From: an uncultured Candidatus Poseidoniales archaeon
GTDB lineage: Archaea; Thermoplasmatota; Poseidoniia; Poseidoniales; Thalassarchaeaceae
DNA: 64,000 bases
Direction: 5' to 3'
NCBI GenBank assembly: GCA_964563355.1
Contig: CAZLVU010000005.1
Coordinates: 14,032 to 78,031, forward strand
Part shown: positions 8,994 through 18,514 of the stretch, piece by piece
Layout: every line of letters begins with the position of its first letter
Numbering within the stretch: the first letter of the stretch is position 1
The notes under the pieces: model-generated
The model's input: only the letters and a program-made list of their open reading frames with translations
Told to the model about the DNA's origin: nothing
The model's database searches: none
Translations under genes and position numbers: made by a program

Positions 8994-9946
8994 TGAATGA
9001 CCAGTCCTTTTTGGAAGACACTACCTCTGAATTACTCGCACTTTCAGATGCCTGCTCTCTTAGACTATCAAACCGTTATGCCGAGAGGGGCATGATTGCC
9101 TCACCAATTCCGCTGCCAATATTGGGAATTGACACCGAGGCCCCCGGAATCGCCACGCTTTGGGTGCAAGTACCCCAATCATTGGCTTCAGAATATAGGC
9201 CCGGACAGTATTTCATGTGCTGGAATCCCTATGACTCAACGGGAGGAATGAACAGATCCCACTTCAGCTCTGAGAAGCCATACAGCGTAGGGAATATGGG
9301 GCATGGTACTGATGGTCGGGTGTTTCTGGGATTTACTGTGAAAGATTTGGGCATCCAAAGCGGGGAACTTACAAGGTTGAGCACCGGAGATTGGTTGGCA
9401 ATAAGGGGGCCTTTCGGGACCTCATTTCCAAATTCTACCGACGGAGACAGGATGATACTAGTTTCCGGTGGAATTGGATCTACACCAATCCATATGGCCG
9501 CGTTGGCATGTCGAAACGCCTTGGGTGATCACGCTCGAATCGATGCTATAATGGGATTTCGAAATTCTGAAGAATCACATTATGTTTCTAGGATGGAAGC
9601 TGTTTGTGATACTGTGCAAATCACGACTGATGATGGGTCATTGGGATCACATGGTTTCCCAACAATCCACCTCCCCAATCTAATTGAGACGCCGCATACA
9701 GGTAAGACCAAGCTCTTCACATGCGGACCTGAACCAATGATGAAGGCTGTCCTCATGATGGCAATCGACGCTGGCATCGAGTCATATGCTGCCATGGAGA
9801 GGTATCTCCCATGCTCCGTTGCTGTTTGTGGACTTTGCATGGTGGGCGACCGACTCACTTGCATAGATGGGCCTGTTATGGGGGGTGATTGGCTGCTAGG
9901 TCAAGATGACTTCGGGAAACCACACATTGCTCACAGTCACACTTAA
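8990..9946 (+). CDS. pyrK: Dihydroorotate dehydrogenase 1B electron-transfer subunit (FAD/NAD-binding, 2Fe-2S)
   Basis: 4-nt overlap with the 1B catalytic gene. RPGQYFM flavin motif, LVSGGIGSTP NAD motif and the C-terminal Cys cluster CSVAVCGLCMVGDRLTCIDGP. Confidence 0.8.
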   Translation: MMNDQSFLEDTTSELLALSDACSLRLSNRYAERGMIASPIPLPILGIDTEAPGIATLWVQVPQSLASEYRPGQYFMCWNPYDSTGGMNRSHFSSEKPYSVGNMGHGTDGRVFLGFTVKDLGIQSGELTRLSTGDWLAIRGPFGTSFPNSTDGDRMILVSGGIGSTPIHMAALACRNALGDHARIDAIMGFRNSEESHYVSRMEAVCDTVQITTDDGSLGSHGFPTIHLPNLIETPHTGKTKLFTCGPEPMMKAVLMMAIDAGIESYAAMERYLPCSVAVCGLCMVGDRLTCIDGPVMGGDWLLGQDDFGKPHIAHSHT

Positions 9947-9969
9947 CGCTGGGAGCTCAAGGGAACAAT

Positions 9970-10353
9970 ATGGCACTTAGTCGAAGAGATCGTCTGCTGA
10001 CTGTGGGCATTGTCAGCTTTGCTGCTTTTGCCATTGTTTTCATGGGGGTAGATCCGGTGGTACAGTATTCTGTTGATGAGATACTCGACAATGCCGATGA
10101 ACATGAGGACAGTATGGTATTCGTAAGGGGAGCTGTAGCTTCTAACTCAACGGATGAAGATTCACGAACTTTCATAATCAATGGGCCCTCAAAATCAATT
10201 CTTGTCGATTACTCTGGAACTGCCGTACCAGATGGATATTCAGAGGGCATCACTATTTCCGTTAGGGGCATAATGGTTGATGACGATGGTACATGGAGAA
10301 TTAATGCGCAAGAAATTCAAACCGGCTGCCCATCTAAATATGAATCTGAGTAA
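9970..10353 (+). CDS. ccmE: CcmE-like heme chaperone, CxxxY variant
   Basis: N-terminal anchor (RRDRLLTVGIVSFAAFAIVF). OB-fold core is colinear with CcmE (VFVRGAVASNS, ILVDYSGTAVPDGYSEG, ISVRGIM). The C-terminal CPSKY sits where bacteria have HDENY. Confidence 0.6.
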   Translation: MALSRRDRLLTVGIVSFAAFAIVFMGVDPVVQYSVDEILDNADEHEDSMVFVRGAVASNSTDEDSRTFIINGPSKSILVDYSGTAVPDGYSEGITISVRGIMVDDDGTWRINAQEIQTGCPSKYESE

Positions 10354-10375
10354 TTGGGATTGTTCATAGGTGACT

Positions 10376-10697
10376 GGGGCGTGCCACTGACGGGCTAGGG
10401 GGAGAGTTGACGTGCTCTGTATTTCACAAATCGTCGAAAATGGTGACCCGAAGTTCGAGGGCGGCGCAGACGAGCCATTGGAACCTCACCAGTTGACGTC
10501 GATGTCTCGCCCCCGAGAGATCCAGGTTGGAAATATCGCATCCCGTAGGGAATGCGTGACGTCCTTACACCCGGGAACCAGGTCAGGCGCGGAAGCGAGC
10601 AGCCCGACCGGGGATGCTGGATGCCTCGGGATAGCGGGACGGAGGAGACCGGTGTCTAATTTCCTATGGTGACGAGCGTCCACCGAGAACATGCCCA
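10376..10697 (+). ncRNA. Signal recognition particle RNA (archaeal 7S type)
   Basis: Helix-8 signature GGGAACCAGGTCAGGCGCGGAAGCGAGCAGCCCGACC. 5' GGGCGTG (10377-10383) pairs with 3' CATGCCC (10690-10696). About 320 nt and locally GC-rich; the ends are approximate. Confidence 0.8.
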
Positions 10698-10698
10698 C

Positions 10699-11193
10699 CT
10701 ATTCCGGTACTGTGGAAAGTCCACCCATTGTACATATGGTAGCAAATTGACTCTTGGAAACAGGTTGGACCGACAGCCTCTGACCTCTCTTTAGCAAAGC
10801 CATCCCCTCTAATGCGGGGTTGCTTCTGAGATCTGGTAGCGCAACATTCTCAATAGGCATTACTGGCTCAATGTCTACCATCATCCATCGAGGATTTTCT
10901 GGGGTAGCTTTCGAATCAAAATAGTTTGAATCCGGATCCTGTGCAGTGTGATCTGGATACGCTTCTTTGCAAATCCTCGCGATACCCGCAATATGGGGGG
11001 GTTTGCAGTTCGAATGATAAAATAGTACGAGATCGCCAATAGACATTTGGTCTCTCATTATGTTTCGAGCTTGGTAATTCCTCACCCCATCCCAGTGAGT
11101 TGAGCCGTCATTGACTAAGTCTTCCCAGGGGTAGACGTGAGGCTCGCTCTTCATCAGCCAGTAATTTACCATACACTTCGATGGAAGTGCCAA
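10699..11193 (-). CDS. EVE (PUA-like) domain protein
   Basis: NYWLMKSEP..YPWEDL....THWDGVRNYQARNIMRD.MSIGDLVLFYHS matches the EVE/thymocyte-nuclear-protein fold signature. The likely start is the MVNYW Met at 11172. Confidence 0.8.
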   Translation of the reverse strand: MALPSKCMVNYWLMKSEPHVYPWEDLVNDGSTHWDGVRNYQARNIMRDQMSIGDLVLFYHSNCKPPHIAGIARICKEAYPDHTAQDPDSNYFDSKATPENPRWMMVDIEPVMPIENVALPDLRSNPALEGMALLKRGQRLSVQPVSKSQFATICTMGGLSTVPE

Positions 11194-11205
11194 AAATCAA
11201 TTTTC

Positions 11206-14178
11206 CTACCAAGCGTCTTCTGTTTTTCCAAATGCAAAGGAGGCATCAATGCCATCAATTTCATCTCTTGAGATAGCCCTCCTGAGGCCAGCGGTCTTTA
11301 CCATAGCATCCATCCCTCCAGTCAGTCCGAGATCAGAGGTTACCATGAAGGAATATATTGCGGGTAGTAGAAGTAATGCTGACAGTGATGCGATAATTAG
11401 CAGGATTATGATGACAGTTACGAATGGGGTGATTGCCTCAATTGGAATCCCATAGGCACAGGTTAAACCGGCTGCAGTTACGGTTGTAGCCTCAAACAAA
11501 CTCATTCCGGTGCTGGAACACGACGTCCTGATCGCTTCGATTGTACCGCCCCCTTCTTTGACACGGTTGGCAATATGGATTGAGAAGTCAATGCCCACGC
11601 CAACGAGAATGGACCCAATCATTACAGTCACTAGTGATAGGGACACGCCTCCAGAATCCATTACAAGCCATTGCATTGCTACGGTAAACCCTACTGGGAT
11701 AGTTGTAAGTAAGGCATAACGGACGTCTCTGAACACCATTGCCAGCGTGAAAATAGTGAAACCGAGGGCGAATGCCAAGGACGTCCATTGTGAATCGACA
11801 ATCAGTTTGTTAACCTCGATTGTTACCGAAGCTACGCCAATCAGCGAGTCGCCAGCTACCTCAATAGGATTGGATGAGTCGCCGGCCGCTTTAGCCCATG
11901 AGTTGATTTGCTCGGTGGTTTTCTCTGTAGCCCTTACATCCATGAATGGCATGTCAATGTAAATTAGCGTCTTCTGGTAATCAGGGGAAATGAATAGCTC
12001 CCGCATCTCCTCGGTCATACTATTGTAAAACACATACAGAAGGAAATTCTGAATCTGCCTGCCACCATCGTCTTCTTGGGCATCTAGAGTATCGAGTACG
12101 GTCCAAAATGAAACGTTGCCAGATTGCCCCCGGTTGAAAATCAAATCTGCAAGCTCTTTGATTGGATCAGGAAGTGGTTGGTCTTCGATCAAATCATTGA
12201 TTGGTGTACCGGATACGTTCACTCCGACCGCAATCGCCTTCATCAAAAATACGATAGATACGGCAGTAGCGTTGTCAACGTTGTTGCAATTAGTCTCTAA
12301 CTTCTCAATACCTTCCAAATTCGCATATGGGTGTTCTGCAGTCAAGCCCCCCAAACCCAATTCGGGATCTGCACGAATATCTGCTTTGACAAGGAGGAAT
12401 CCGGGTTGTCCTGCCTCAAACTCCTCTGAATACACCGCCATCTTCTGTACGGCGCCAACATCGTTTGGAGCCATTTTCAATAGATCGATATTTTCTTCAA
12501 CATTGTTTCTATTGTATCCTGCAGAAATTAGCATCAAGGAAAGGAAAATTACCAATGTTAACTTTGACCATTTAACGGGAATATTTACTGCAGCGACGAA
12601 GATTTTGGGTGGGGGATGAGACGGCTTTTTCAAGTCGAGGAGAATGGTGAGGTTGGGCACCATTATCATGGTCAAAACGTAAACTACAACGATTCCACCG
12701 GCCAAGGCCCAACCAACGGTTTGAATCGGTTTCATAGGTGCGAATGTTAGTGAAATGAAACCGATTATTGTCGTCATGGCGGAAAGAAATACCGCACGCC
12801 CGGTCGAATTGAGTGCGACGGACATTTTTTCTTGGGGCGTGCCTTTAGATTCTGCATATCTGTTAGTGATGTGCAAACCATATGAAACCCCTAGAGCCAG
12901 GACTATGGGGCCAACGAGGATTACAGTCATTGTAACTTCATAGTCTAATAATCCGATCAGGCCCAAGGTGACCCAAACAGCGCAAAGTGTAGGCAATCCA
13001 GCAATAATGATGACTTTGATTCCCTGGACGAAACGGATTCGACCTGTTTGCAACAAATCACAATGGAATATAAACAACCCCAATGCAACGGCCGCTCCGC
13101 CTACCGGAAATACTTCCCAGAATAACTTGAATGACTCCTCAGTTACCGCATTTGTAAGGGGTGCCGGCCCAGTAAGTGTCATGGTTAGGGAGATCTCGCC
13201 CCAGCCTTCTTCCTCAGAGACCTTGTCGATCCGTTCTTGTGTAAGATCAACGATTGCCCCCACAGTCATATTTTCTCCCAAATCGTCCGCAATGCCAATA
13301 ATTATCACGGCCCGGTTCCAAAAGAACGCCCGTTCAGCTTCCTTGATTCCGTCTCCATCCAAATCCCGACCGACATCTCGAACAAGCTTATCGAGAGCGT
13401 TCTGAGGCATCTCTTGTAAGATCTGATCAACTCGTTCTTGCTCGTCGGGTATTGCATAATTTCCGATAAGGTCACTTTGAGCATCAATAGTGTCGTTAAT
13501 CTCGTCGGAAAGTTGTTGGTTTCCTGTAGCTTCAGCTAATCCAGAAAAGAAGGCTTTGACAACCCTGCCACCGCTCGAGTTTACTTCCTTGATCACGGTG
13601 GATATAGAAAGGACGTATACTACGTTATCTTCGGCGCCTCCATCGTTCATTACAGGATTCAGCTCTCTTTCGATCCTGTCGATTTTGTCGAGGATTGGAA
13701 TCTCAGTAACGTTATTTTCCTCTGATTCAACGTAGATAACCATGACATTCGTTGTCCAATCCTGCTCGACTTGTGCAATCAGGTTCTTGACGCTATCTGG
13801 CTTGTCATCATTTGGAAGATAGACTTCCAAGTCTCCGTTTACGTTTAGGGCAGGTTCGGTATTACAGAAGCTGTATTCGAATCCGTCCCTGCAGTCCTTA
13901 ATTCCAGAATGAGGGAGTAGTAGTATTGTAAATACGAGTGAAACGGCGACTGCACTTTTTGGAAACATGGTAAGTAAAGAAGCAGCATTAGTCTCGTCCA
14001 TTTTCCTTCTAAAAAGGTTAGGCAGCCTAGCCAGTGATTTCTGCGCTCCGCCCGCATCTATTGATCTGATCTTATCACCAACATCAGTGGCCTTCTCTAG
14101 CCCCTTGGAATATGCAGAAGCGAAGCGAGTTTCACTCGTTTTACCTTCACCCACGTCGTCCCTTTGCATGCTCCTCAA
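11206..14178 (-). CDS. RND-superfamily exporter (MMPL/SecDF-like, two 6-TM bundles with large loops)
   Basis: 990 aa with two hydrophobic bundles (residues about 350-520 and 800-950), each preceded by a large soluble domain. This is the typical MMPL/RND layout. Confidence 0.75.
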   Translation of the reverse strand: MRSMQRDDVGEGKTSETRFASAYSKGLEKATDVGDKIRSIDAGGAQKSLARLPNLFRRKMDETNAASLLTMFPKSAVAVSLVFTILLLPHSGIKDCRDGFEYSFCNTEPALNVNGDLEVYLPNDDKPDSVKNLIAQVEQDWTTNVMVIYVESEENNVTEIPILDKIDRIERELNPVMNDGGAEDNVVYVLSISTVIKEVNSSGGRVVKAFFSGLAEATGNQQLSDEINDTIDAQSDLIGNYAIPDEQERVDQILQEMPQNALDKLVRDVGRDLDGDGIKEAERAFFWNRAVIIIGIADDLGENMTVGAIVDLTQERIDKVSEEEGWGEISLTMTLTGPAPLTNAVTEESFKLFWEVFPVGGAAVALGLFIFHCDLLQTGRIRFVQGIKVIIIAGLPTLCAVWVTLGLIGLLDYEVTMTVILVGPIVLALGVSYGLHITNRYAESKGTPQEKMSVALNSTGRAVFLSAMTTIIGFISLTFAPMKPIQTVGWALAGGIVVVYVLTMIMVPNLTILLDLKKPSHPPPKIFVAAVNIPVKWSKLTLVIFLSLMLISAGYNRNNVEENIDLLKMAPNDVGAVQKMAVYSEEFEAGQPGFLLVKADIRADPELGLGGLTAEHPYANLEGIEKLETNCNNVDNATAVSIVFLMKAIAVGVNVSGTPINDLIEDQPLPDPIKELADLIFNRGQSGNVSFWTVLDTLDAQEDDGGRQIQNFLLYVFYNSMTEEMRELFISPDYQKTLIYIDMPFMDVRATEKTTEQINSWAKAAGDSSNPIEVAGDSLIGVASVTIEVNKLIVDSQWTSLAFALGFTIFTLAMVFRDVRYALLTTIPVGFTVAMQWLVMDSGGVSLSLVTVMIGSILVGVGIDFSIHIANRVKEGGGTIEAIRTSCSSTGMSLFEATTVTAAGLTCAYGIPIEAITPFVTVIIILLIIASLSALLLLPAIYSFMVTSDLGLTGGMDAMVKTAGLRRAISRDEIDGIDASFAFGKTEDAW

Positions 14179-14292
14179 GTAGATGTGATTCTTGACATCC
14201 CTTGAACCCCACGCCGCCAGTGTTGTTCTTATTGGTAATTTTTAGCATATTCATAGGTAACGGTCAAGAATACCTCACTGTGGCAATATGAA

Positions 14293-16788
14293 ATGGGAAA
14301 GGCTATGCGCGAGCCGATAATTTCTGACAAGCGTTGGAGTGTAGACCTTGAAAAGAGAATTCAAGAAGAACACTACATGGATGACGAATATCGCAAAAGA
14401 TACTCATTCAATCCCAATAGCGACAGGGAGCTGTTCATCATTGATACGCCCCCCCCATACCCCAGTGGCACTTGGCACATAGGGGCTGTTGCACAATACA
14501 GCATGATCGATGTTATTGCTCGCAGCCAACGACTACTCGGAAAGGAAGTAAGATTTCCCTGGGGCGTCGACAGGAATGGGATAAACATCGAGTTTACCGT
14601 CGAAAAGAAGACGGGGAAAAAAATGCGTAGCTACGAGAGGGGAGAATTTCTTGAGCTATGTTCGGCAACGATTGAGGAATTTACCAAGGCCATGAGGCAC
14701 ACTGCAAAAAGAGTCGGCTTATCCTGCGACTACGATAATGAATATCTAACAGATGCCCCCGACTTCAGGGCCGTTTCCCAGTCAATTTTCGTGGACCTCT
14801 TCAGGAAGGGAGAAATTATTGAGGATTTGCGTCCAAACATTTACGATCCCGTAGAGGGAACTACAATTGCCGAGGCAGAGGTACAACGAATCAGTAGGGA
14901 AACCCTGTTGTGCGACGTTATTTGGGAAACTGAAGACGGAGAATCCGTAGTTATTACCACGACAAGGCCAGAACTCATTTGTGCTTGTGGTGTAGTTGTC
15001 GTGCATCCAGATGACCAACGATATTCCCACCTTGTAGGAAAGCGTATCAAAATGCCTTTGCCCGTTTCAAATCGTGATGAAACCGTCGAAATATTAGCAC
15101 ATCATTCAGTTAAGATGGAATTTGGAAGCGGGGTCCTAATGATTTGTTCATTTGGCGATCAAAACGATGTTGCTGTCTTCAGGGAGCTCGGTATGCGCCC
15201 GTTTGCTGCAATTGATTTAGATGGGAAGATGACTGATATCTCAGGCCCACTCCAAGGGATGCCTGTGGATGAAGCAAGGAAGTCTGCAATTGAGATTCTC
15301 CGTAATTCTGGGAAGATTGAGGCTACACACGAAAGGCTCCAAGAGGTTCCCGTCAGTGAGCGAGGTGGGAATCCAATAGAAATCATACTACTCAAAGAAT
15401 GGTATGTACGACAGACTCATATTCTTGATAGGCTACAGAATTTATCTGATCAAAGTAAATTTATTCCAGAACGGAACCGTCAATTTTTGCATGATTGGAT
15501 GGATGGCATAACAATTGATTGGCCCATAAGCAGGCGACGCTGGTACCATACCGAAGTTCCAATTTGGTATTCTGAAGACGGCACCAAGGTAGTTGTACCT
15601 CCAAGGGGGGTATATGTTCAGCCATGGCGAGAGGAGCCACCGGGTGACTCGGAGGTATTAGATCGAAATACGAAGGAAACTCTCGGGCAATTCTCGGAAA
15701 TTTCACCGAGCCTTGGGATTTTGATCGGTGAGGAAAAGGTATTCGACACTTGGATGGATTCATCTAACTCCAACCTATTCGTCTCGGGGTACATCAGTAA
15801 TCCCGATCTTTTCGAAAGGGCGTTTCCAACTTCAATTAGGCCACAGGGCAAGGAAATTGTTCGTACCTGGCTATATTACACTCTTCTCAAGAGTGCATTA
15901 TTGCTTGATAAGCCCGCCTTTGAGAATATCTGGGTTGATGGACTTGGTATGGATCCGTGGGGCCGCAAGATGTCAAAATCACTTGGTAATGGAATCGATG
16001 CAAATTCAGTCCTGGAATGTGGGGCCGGAGGTAGGACTGGCTCATGGAAGATCAAAGGTCCTGATGGCAAACAAGTACGACTCACTGCAAACAAGATTGG
16101 TAGTGAATGCTTCCGCTTATGGAAGGCATGTGACGCTCAGGTTGGCGATGACTTCCATATCAACCCTGAAGAGATAGAAACCAAGTATTACGGGGTGTTG
16201 ACTAAGATATTCAACGTTGCTCGTTTTGCTAGCCAATTCGATGTTCCTGATGATTTGGATCATAATCCTCCTGAGATAGAATTTGAGGATAAGTGGATAC
16301 TGGCTGAGTTCGATTCCGTACTTTCGAATGTTGAAAGATCTTGGTCCGATATCGATATTTACAATGCCGCCCAGGCCATTAAGTCGTTCGCAACCGGTAT
16401 CTTCCCAAGCCACTGGCTTGAAATGGCGAAATCTAGATTATACAATGATGACCGATCTGCAAACTGGACTTTGCACCGAATTGTGAGGGATTTACTAAGT
16501 TCATTCACTCCCATTTGCCCCTTCTTCACTCATTACCTCAGTATGACTATTTATGGTCAAAGTTCCACTGACGTACGAAAGTTCCCACGCATCCATCCTT
16601 CGATAGTTGGCAATGCCCATACCGAACTACAATCATTGACCGATCACATTATCAAATTTAACTCAATGATTTGGAAGCTCAAGAAGGATAACAGTCAATC
16701 GCTGAAATCGGCTATCAGTGGGATTGATGTCCCCGAAGAGTTGGTAAGATTCCAGGAGACCTTCCAAGTAATGCACAACATAGTGTAA
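14293..16788 (+). CDS. valS: Valyl-tRNA synthetase (archaeal/actinobacterial type)
   Basis: IIDTPPPYPSGTWHIGA (HIGH region), editing-domain motif TTTRPELICACGVVVVHPDDQRY, and KMSKSLGN. Confidence 0.8.
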   Translation: MGKAMREPIISDKRWSVDLEKRIQEEHYMDDEYRKRYSFNPNSDRELFIIDTPPPYPSGTWHIGAVAQYSMIDVIARSQRLLGKEVRFPWGVDRNGINIEFTVEKKTGKKMRSYERGEFLELCSATIEEFTKAMRHTAKRVGLSCDYDNEYLTDAPDFRAVSQSIFVDLFRKGEIIEDLRPNIYDPVEGTTIAEAEVQRISRETLLCDVIWETEDGESVVITTTRPELICACGVVVVHPDDQRYSHLVGKRIKMPLPVSNRDETVEILAHHSVKMEFGSGVLMICSFGDQNDVAVFRELGMRPFAAIDLDGKMTDISGPLQGMPVDEARKSAIEILRNSGKIEATHERLQEVPVSERGGNPIEIILLKEWYVRQTHILDRLQNLSDQSKFIPERNRQFLHDWMDGITIDWPISRRRWYHTEVPIWYSEDGTKVVVPPRGVYVQPWREEPPGDSEVLDRNTKETLGQFSEISPSLGILIGEEKVFDTWMDSSNSNLFVSGYISNPDLFERAFPTSIRPQGKEIVRTWLYYTLLKSALLLDKPAFENIWVDGLGMDPWGRKMSKSLGNGIDANSVLECGAGGRTGSWKIKGPDGKQVRLTANKIGSECFRLWKACDAQVGDDFHINPEEIETKYYGVLTKIFNVARFASQFDVPDDLDHNPPEIEFEDKWILAEFDSVLSNVERSWSDIDIYNAAQAIKSFATGIFPSHWLEMAKSRLYNDDRSANWTLHRIVRDLLSSFTPICPFFTHYLSMTIYGQSSTDVRKFPRIHPSIVGNAHTELQSLTDHIIKFNSMIWKLKKDNSQSLKSAISGIDVPEELVRFQETFQVMHNIV

Positions 16789-16792
16789 GAGT

Positions 16793-17770
16793 CTAGTTGA
16801 GAGAGTTAACCGGCTTAATGCCATCAAAAAACTCGAGTAATGTGTTTGCCATTTCAACCCCAATTCTAGCCTGGGCTTCCATGGTTGATGCAGCTATGTG
16901 GGGGGAACCGTGGAAATCATCATGGGCAAGCAAAGGGGACTGGTCCGGGGGTTCGGTTTCGAACACATCCAAGGCAAGTGAGGACAACTGCCCACTTTCC
17001 AAGGCTTTGAGAGCAGCATCCTCGTCTATGATCCCTCCCCTGGCACAGCTAATCAGATGGTTGCCACATTCAATTCCATCTGCCCCAACACCCGTCATTA
17101 GGGAGATCCGAGCTGAATTGACAATATGTTTGGTTTCTTCACTGAAGTTACAATGGACTGAAATGTGAGTACAAATTGTAAAAAGGTCATCCAATTCTTT
17201 GTGTAACGTACACATTGAAGCGTCTATTGATCCATTTTCGACGTATGGATCGAATGCATGAATCTCCATTCCAAGGCTCCTTGCTGCGTCTGCAACTCCT
17301 CTAGCAATCCGTCCGAATCCGATTAGGCCTAATCTCTTACCATAGATCTCAGATCCTCGAAATGTCTTTTTCTCCCAAGAACCAGCCCGCATTGTCCTGT
17401 CAGCTCGAGGTATGTTTCTTACCGATGATAGTAGATGTCCGATCGTCAACTCTACAACACTACGTGTGGAGGCACCTGGAGTATTGCATACAATAATGCC
17501 GTGTTCTGATGCAGCTTCTAAATCGATATTATCTATACCGACGCCCGCCCTGCCGATGAATTGAATTCCGTTTGATTCAGTTATCGACGAAGTGATGACT
17601 TCCCTGGTCATTTTCGTGGCGCTACGTACGATGACAGCGTCGAAACTAGATAAGACACCGCTCAGTAGGTCCTGTGGTTCGAAATGTTCCGAGGAAATTT
17701 CGTGACCAGCATCTGAAAGAATTTTCATGGCGTCATCTGACATCCCGTCGGTAATTGCAATACGTGCCAT
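16793..17770 (-). CDS. serA: D-isomer-specific 2-hydroxyacid dehydrogenase, D-3-phosphoglycerate dehydrogenase-like (short form)
   Basis: NAD-binding GLIGFGRIARGVA, ARGGIIDE and the catalytic-His region SPHIAAST. No ACT domain. Confidence 0.75.
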   Translation of the reverse strand: MARIAITDGMSDDAMKILSDAGHEISSEHFEPQDLLSGVLSSFDAVIVRSATKMTREVITSSITESNGIQFIGRAGVGIDNIDLEAASEHGIIVCNTPGASTRSVVELTIGHLLSSVRNIPRADRTMRAGSWEKKTFRGSEIYGKRLGLIGFGRIARGVADAARSLGMEIHAFDPYVENGSIDASMCTLHKELDDLFTICTHISVHCNFSEETKHIVNSARISLMTGVGADGIECGNHLISCARGGIIDEDAALKALESGQLSSLALDVFETEPPDQSPLLAHDDFHGSPHIAASTMEAQARIGVEMANTLLEFFDGIKPVNSLN

Positions 17771-17860
17771 GTATCGTTGGCGTGGCAGATATCCATCAAC
17801 ATTGTGAGTGTATCAGTCGATAGAATTGTAATCTTCAACCCCCTCGCGGTAACGATAAGA

Positions 17861-18454
17861 ATGAGTTTTGTTTTACCTGACCTTGAATATGAATACGATG
17901 CATTAGAACCCCACCTTGATTCTCTAACTATGGAGATTCACCATACCAAACATCATGCTGGATACACTGCAAAACTGAACTCTGCTGTCGAAGGTACTGA
18001 TATGGAAGGAAAAACTATCGAAGAATTACTACTTGAGTGTTCAGACGCTCCAGCGATTCGGAACAATGGCGGTGGTTACTGGAATCACAATCTATTCTGG
18101 TCCACAATGTCTCCAGATGGTGGCGGTGGACCAAATGGTGAACTAGCCGCAGCAATAGATGATTCATTCGGATCGTTTGAGTCGATGAAGGAGCAATTTT
18201 CTAACGCGGCAATGACCAGGTTTGGAAGTGGGTGGGCATGGCTTTGTTTCTCAGATGATTCACTGTGTATCTGCTCGACCCCAAACCAGGATAACCCACT
18301 GATGAATGGGGCGGGAGTCCCCATTCTTGGATTAGACGTTTGGGAGCATGCGTACTACAAAAAGTTCGGACCCGCCCGTGGAGAATATATCCAGGCTTGG
18401 TGGAATGTAGTCAATTGGGATGCTGTTTCTGGAAACTTTGCCAACTCTGTCTGA
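17861..18454 (+). CDS. sod: Fe/Mn superoxide dismutase
   Basis: MSFVLPDLEYEYDALEPHLD..MEIHHTKHH at the family N-terminus, and the C-terminal DVWEHAYY metal motif. The track ORF starts 84 nt upstream, which is implausible for this family. Confidence 0.9.
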   Translation: MSFVLPDLEYEYDALEPHLDSLTMEIHHTKHHAGYTAKLNSAVEGTDMEGKTIEELLLECSDAPAIRNNGGGYWNHNLFWSTMSPDGGGGPNGELAAAIDDSFGSFESMKEQFSNAAMTRFGSGWAWLCFSDDSLCICSTPNQDNPLMNGAGVPILGLDVWEHAYYKKFGPARGEYIQAWWNVVNWDAVSGNFANSV

Positions 18455-18514
18455 TAAGCCCCCAAGGCGAAATTAATACCGCTTCATTATTGGGCAATAT
18501 GGTAAGCGCGTTGT

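Noticed and set aside
10412-10698. ORFs of 86 aa (plus strand) and 70 aa (minus strand) in the pyrK/EVE intergenic region
   Set aside because: They overlap each other and lie entirely within a sequence carrying the SRP RNA helix-8 signature and terminal pairing. Their Arg/Gly/Pro-rich translations are typical of GC-rich non-coding RNA.
14188-14271. 9-bp inverted repeat ATTCTTGAC ... GTCAAGAAT in the divergent RND/valS promoter
   Set aside because: The arms are 66 nt apart, and a 9-mer match in a 114-nt spacer is weak evidence. It is noted but not called as a regulatory site.
17777-17860. N-terminal 28-aa extension of the superoxide dismutase ORF
   Set aside because: The Fe/Mn-SOD family begins at the MSFVLPDLEY-type sequence. 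The extension would run into the divergent serA promoter only 6 nt from the serA start.
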